DNA of 61,362 nucleotides, filler included, from It is 8 parts of 8 records of this genome, joined end to end, with 100 filler letters (N's around TTAATTAATTAA, not from the genome) between each part and the next. Parts side by side here need not be neighbours in the genome. Positions count along the whole stretch, not along the records: positions 51,799 to 61,362 come from SRR31147125_23275; 7 more parts are not named here. One strand, 5' to 3'. Shown piece by piece: positions 59,900 to 61,362 of this stretch (position 1 is its first letter; each line of letters starts with the position of its first letter). The notes under the pieces were generated by a model. It saw only the letters and a program-made list of their open reading frames with translations, ran no database searches and was not told where the DNA came from. The position numbers and the translations under genes were made by a program.

Positions 59900-61362
59900 A
59901 TGATTAAGAACTTAAAAATAATATTGCTAATTTCAATAACTATTCCCGGTGTTTTATGTCTTGGCCAAAAAAATCAACAAATAATTTCCTCTCCAAATAA
60001 TAATTTAAAATGCAATTTCTTTTTTGAAAAGAACCAAAATAACATTTCTCATCTGTTTTATAACGTAACTTATAAAGGAGAAAATGTTGTCAAAAAATCC
60101 GAACTGGATATTATTCTCGACAATCACCTCTCCGAGTTGGCAATGGCTATAGAACCCGATAGCAGTTATCATTTTATAGGGGAAATGGAATTAGTCTCTG
60201 CAAAAGACACTACTGTTAGATCAACATGGGAAAATCCTTTTGGAGAACGAAAAATCGTGCAAGACAACTATAATCAATCTACATTCCTTTTTGAGAAGAG
60301 TAATAAAAAAGGTTATCAATTACAAATTGAAATCAGGGCGTACAATGAAGGAGTTGCAATCCGATATCATTTTCCTTTAAATCCAAAAGGTTTGTATTAC
60401 CGGATAGTAGAAGAAAAAACTGAGTTTGTAATGCCGAAAGACACGAAAGCCTGGTATCACAAATGGGCGCAAGCACCTTATGAGTTATTAGCGTTGAACA
60501 GTTGGGTTGACGAATCAGAAAGGCCGCTAACCTGTGAATTGCCCAATGGTTTGTTTGTATCGCTTGCTGAAGCACAAATGGTAGATTATGCTCGAACAAA
60601 ATTTAAAATTAAAAAAGATGAACCTGGCACAATAGTTACCTCTTTATTCACACCTGTTGATGCAATTACTCCTTTCTGCACCCCCTGGAGAGTTATTATG
60701 GTTGGCGAAACAGCAACAGAGCTTTTAGAAAACAACGATATTTTACTGAACCTCAATTCTCCCTGCACAATAGAAAATACAAATTGGATAAAACCCGGAA
60801 AAATAATGCGGGAGATTACACAAACCAATGAGAATACAAAAAAACAAATTGATTTTTCAAGCGAAAATGGCATTGATTATTTGCTATATGATTGGAAATG
60901 GTATGGCCCTGCATTTGATTTTAATTCCGATGCGTCCACAGTAGATATTAATCTCGACTTGCAGCATTGGATAGAATATGGAAAAGAAAAAGGAATTGGT
61001 ATTTGGGTTTATGTAAACCAACAGGCATTGCTAACCCAGATGCGGGAAATTTTCCCATTATATAAGAAATGGGGGATAAAAGGAGTAAAATTTGGCTTTG
61101 TCCAGGTTGGTTCTCACCGTTGGACAACCTGGTTGCATGAAGCAATTCAGATCGCAGCAGAAAATGAATTAATGGTAAACATCCATGATGAATTCCGAAC
61201 AACAGGCGAAACACGTACATGGCCTAATATAGTTACAGTTGAGGGAATCAGAGGAAATGAAGAATTTCCTGATGCTACACATAATACCATTCTCCCGTTT
61301 ACTCGATTTATTGGAGGAATGGGCGATTATACAATTTGTTATATGGACAAGCGGCTAAAAAC
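59900..61362 (+). CDS. Glycoside hydrolase family 97; 3' end runs off the window
   Basis: Not in the ORF track because it has no stop. Signal peptide, ISSPN, IRAYNEGVAIRY, TPWRVI, WIKPGK, GVKFGFV and NIHDEFRTTG..RTWPN...EGIRGNE. Confidence 0.9.
   Translation, partial: MIKNLKIILLISITIPGVLCLGQKNQQIISSPNNNLKCNFFFEKNQNNISHLFYNVTYKGENVVKKSELDIILDNHLSELAMAIEPDSSYHFIGEMELVSAKDTTVRSTWENPFGERKIVQDNYNQSTFLFEKSNKKGYQLQIEIRAYNEGVAIRYHFPLNPKGLYYRIVEEKTEFVMPKDTKAWYHKWAQAPYELLALNSWVDESERPLTCELPNGLFVSLAEAQMVDYARTKFKIKKDEPGTIVTSLFTPVDAITPFCTPWRVIMVGETATELLENNDILLNLNSPCTIENTNWIKPGKIMREITQTNENTKKQIDFSSENGIDYLLYDWKWYGPAFDFNSDASTVDINLDLQHWIEYGKEKGIGIWVYVNQQALLTQMREIFPLYKKWGIKGVKFGFVQVGSHRWTTWLHEAIQIAAENELMVNIHDEFRTTGETRTWPNIVTVEGIRGNEEFPDATHNTILPFTRFIGGMGDYTICYMDKRLK

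Noticed and set aside
1-61362. rRNA, tRNA, CRISPR arrays, transposases, integrases or phage genes
   Set aside because: None was recognised by eye in any intergenic region or ORF; tRNAscan-SE, Infernal and a CRISPR finder would be needed to exclude them formally.

Overview
The window is not one locus. It holds eight unrelated contigs joined by seven identical 100-nt spacers (N44-TTAATTAATTAA-N44), so it looks like a concatenated metagenome assembly. Taxon labels are inferred from gene content and style. (1) 1-11895, Clostridia-like: sugar ABC transporter, a YesM/YesN-type two-component system with a degenerate ABC ATPase, two lactonase paralogues, GH3, RidA and DhaL. (2) 11996-17970, deltaproteobacterial/Myxococcota-like: acidic DGD-linker lipoproteins, M32 carboxypeptidase and a GH5 endoglycoceramidase-like enzyme. 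(3) 18071-23535, Bacteroidales: a RiPP cluster with a LanC-like tail, GT4 glycosyltransferase, C39-like/VKOR/thioredoxin fusion, Cys-rich double-glycine precursor and C39 ABC exporter. (4) 23636-29768, Desulfobacterales-like: frameshifted plsB, a MurU-AmgK-like fusion, dapB, and cheX behind a sigma28 promoter. (5) 29869-34946, Clostridia: addA, spo0A, veg, a hypothetical gene and hexokinase. (6) 35047-40792, Desulfobacterales-like: a sigma54 promoter, pterin-binding methyltransferase, gabT, a corrinoid-protein remnant and AOR. (7) 40893-51698: a Tc-toxin-like locus with an Rhs core carrying a TNT/ART-like tip, a tiny tandem-repeat candidate immunity gene and a >2580-aa TcA-like protein with peptidoglycan-binding and PA14 domains. 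(8) 51799-61362, Bacteroidetes: a SusC/SusD PUL with an alginate-lyase-family protein and GH97. The best candidates for novel systems are the Tc/Rhs locus and the glycocin-like RiPP cluster. All family calls are from motif recognition by eye; no searches were run. I saw no rRNA, tRNA, CRISPR array or transposase.
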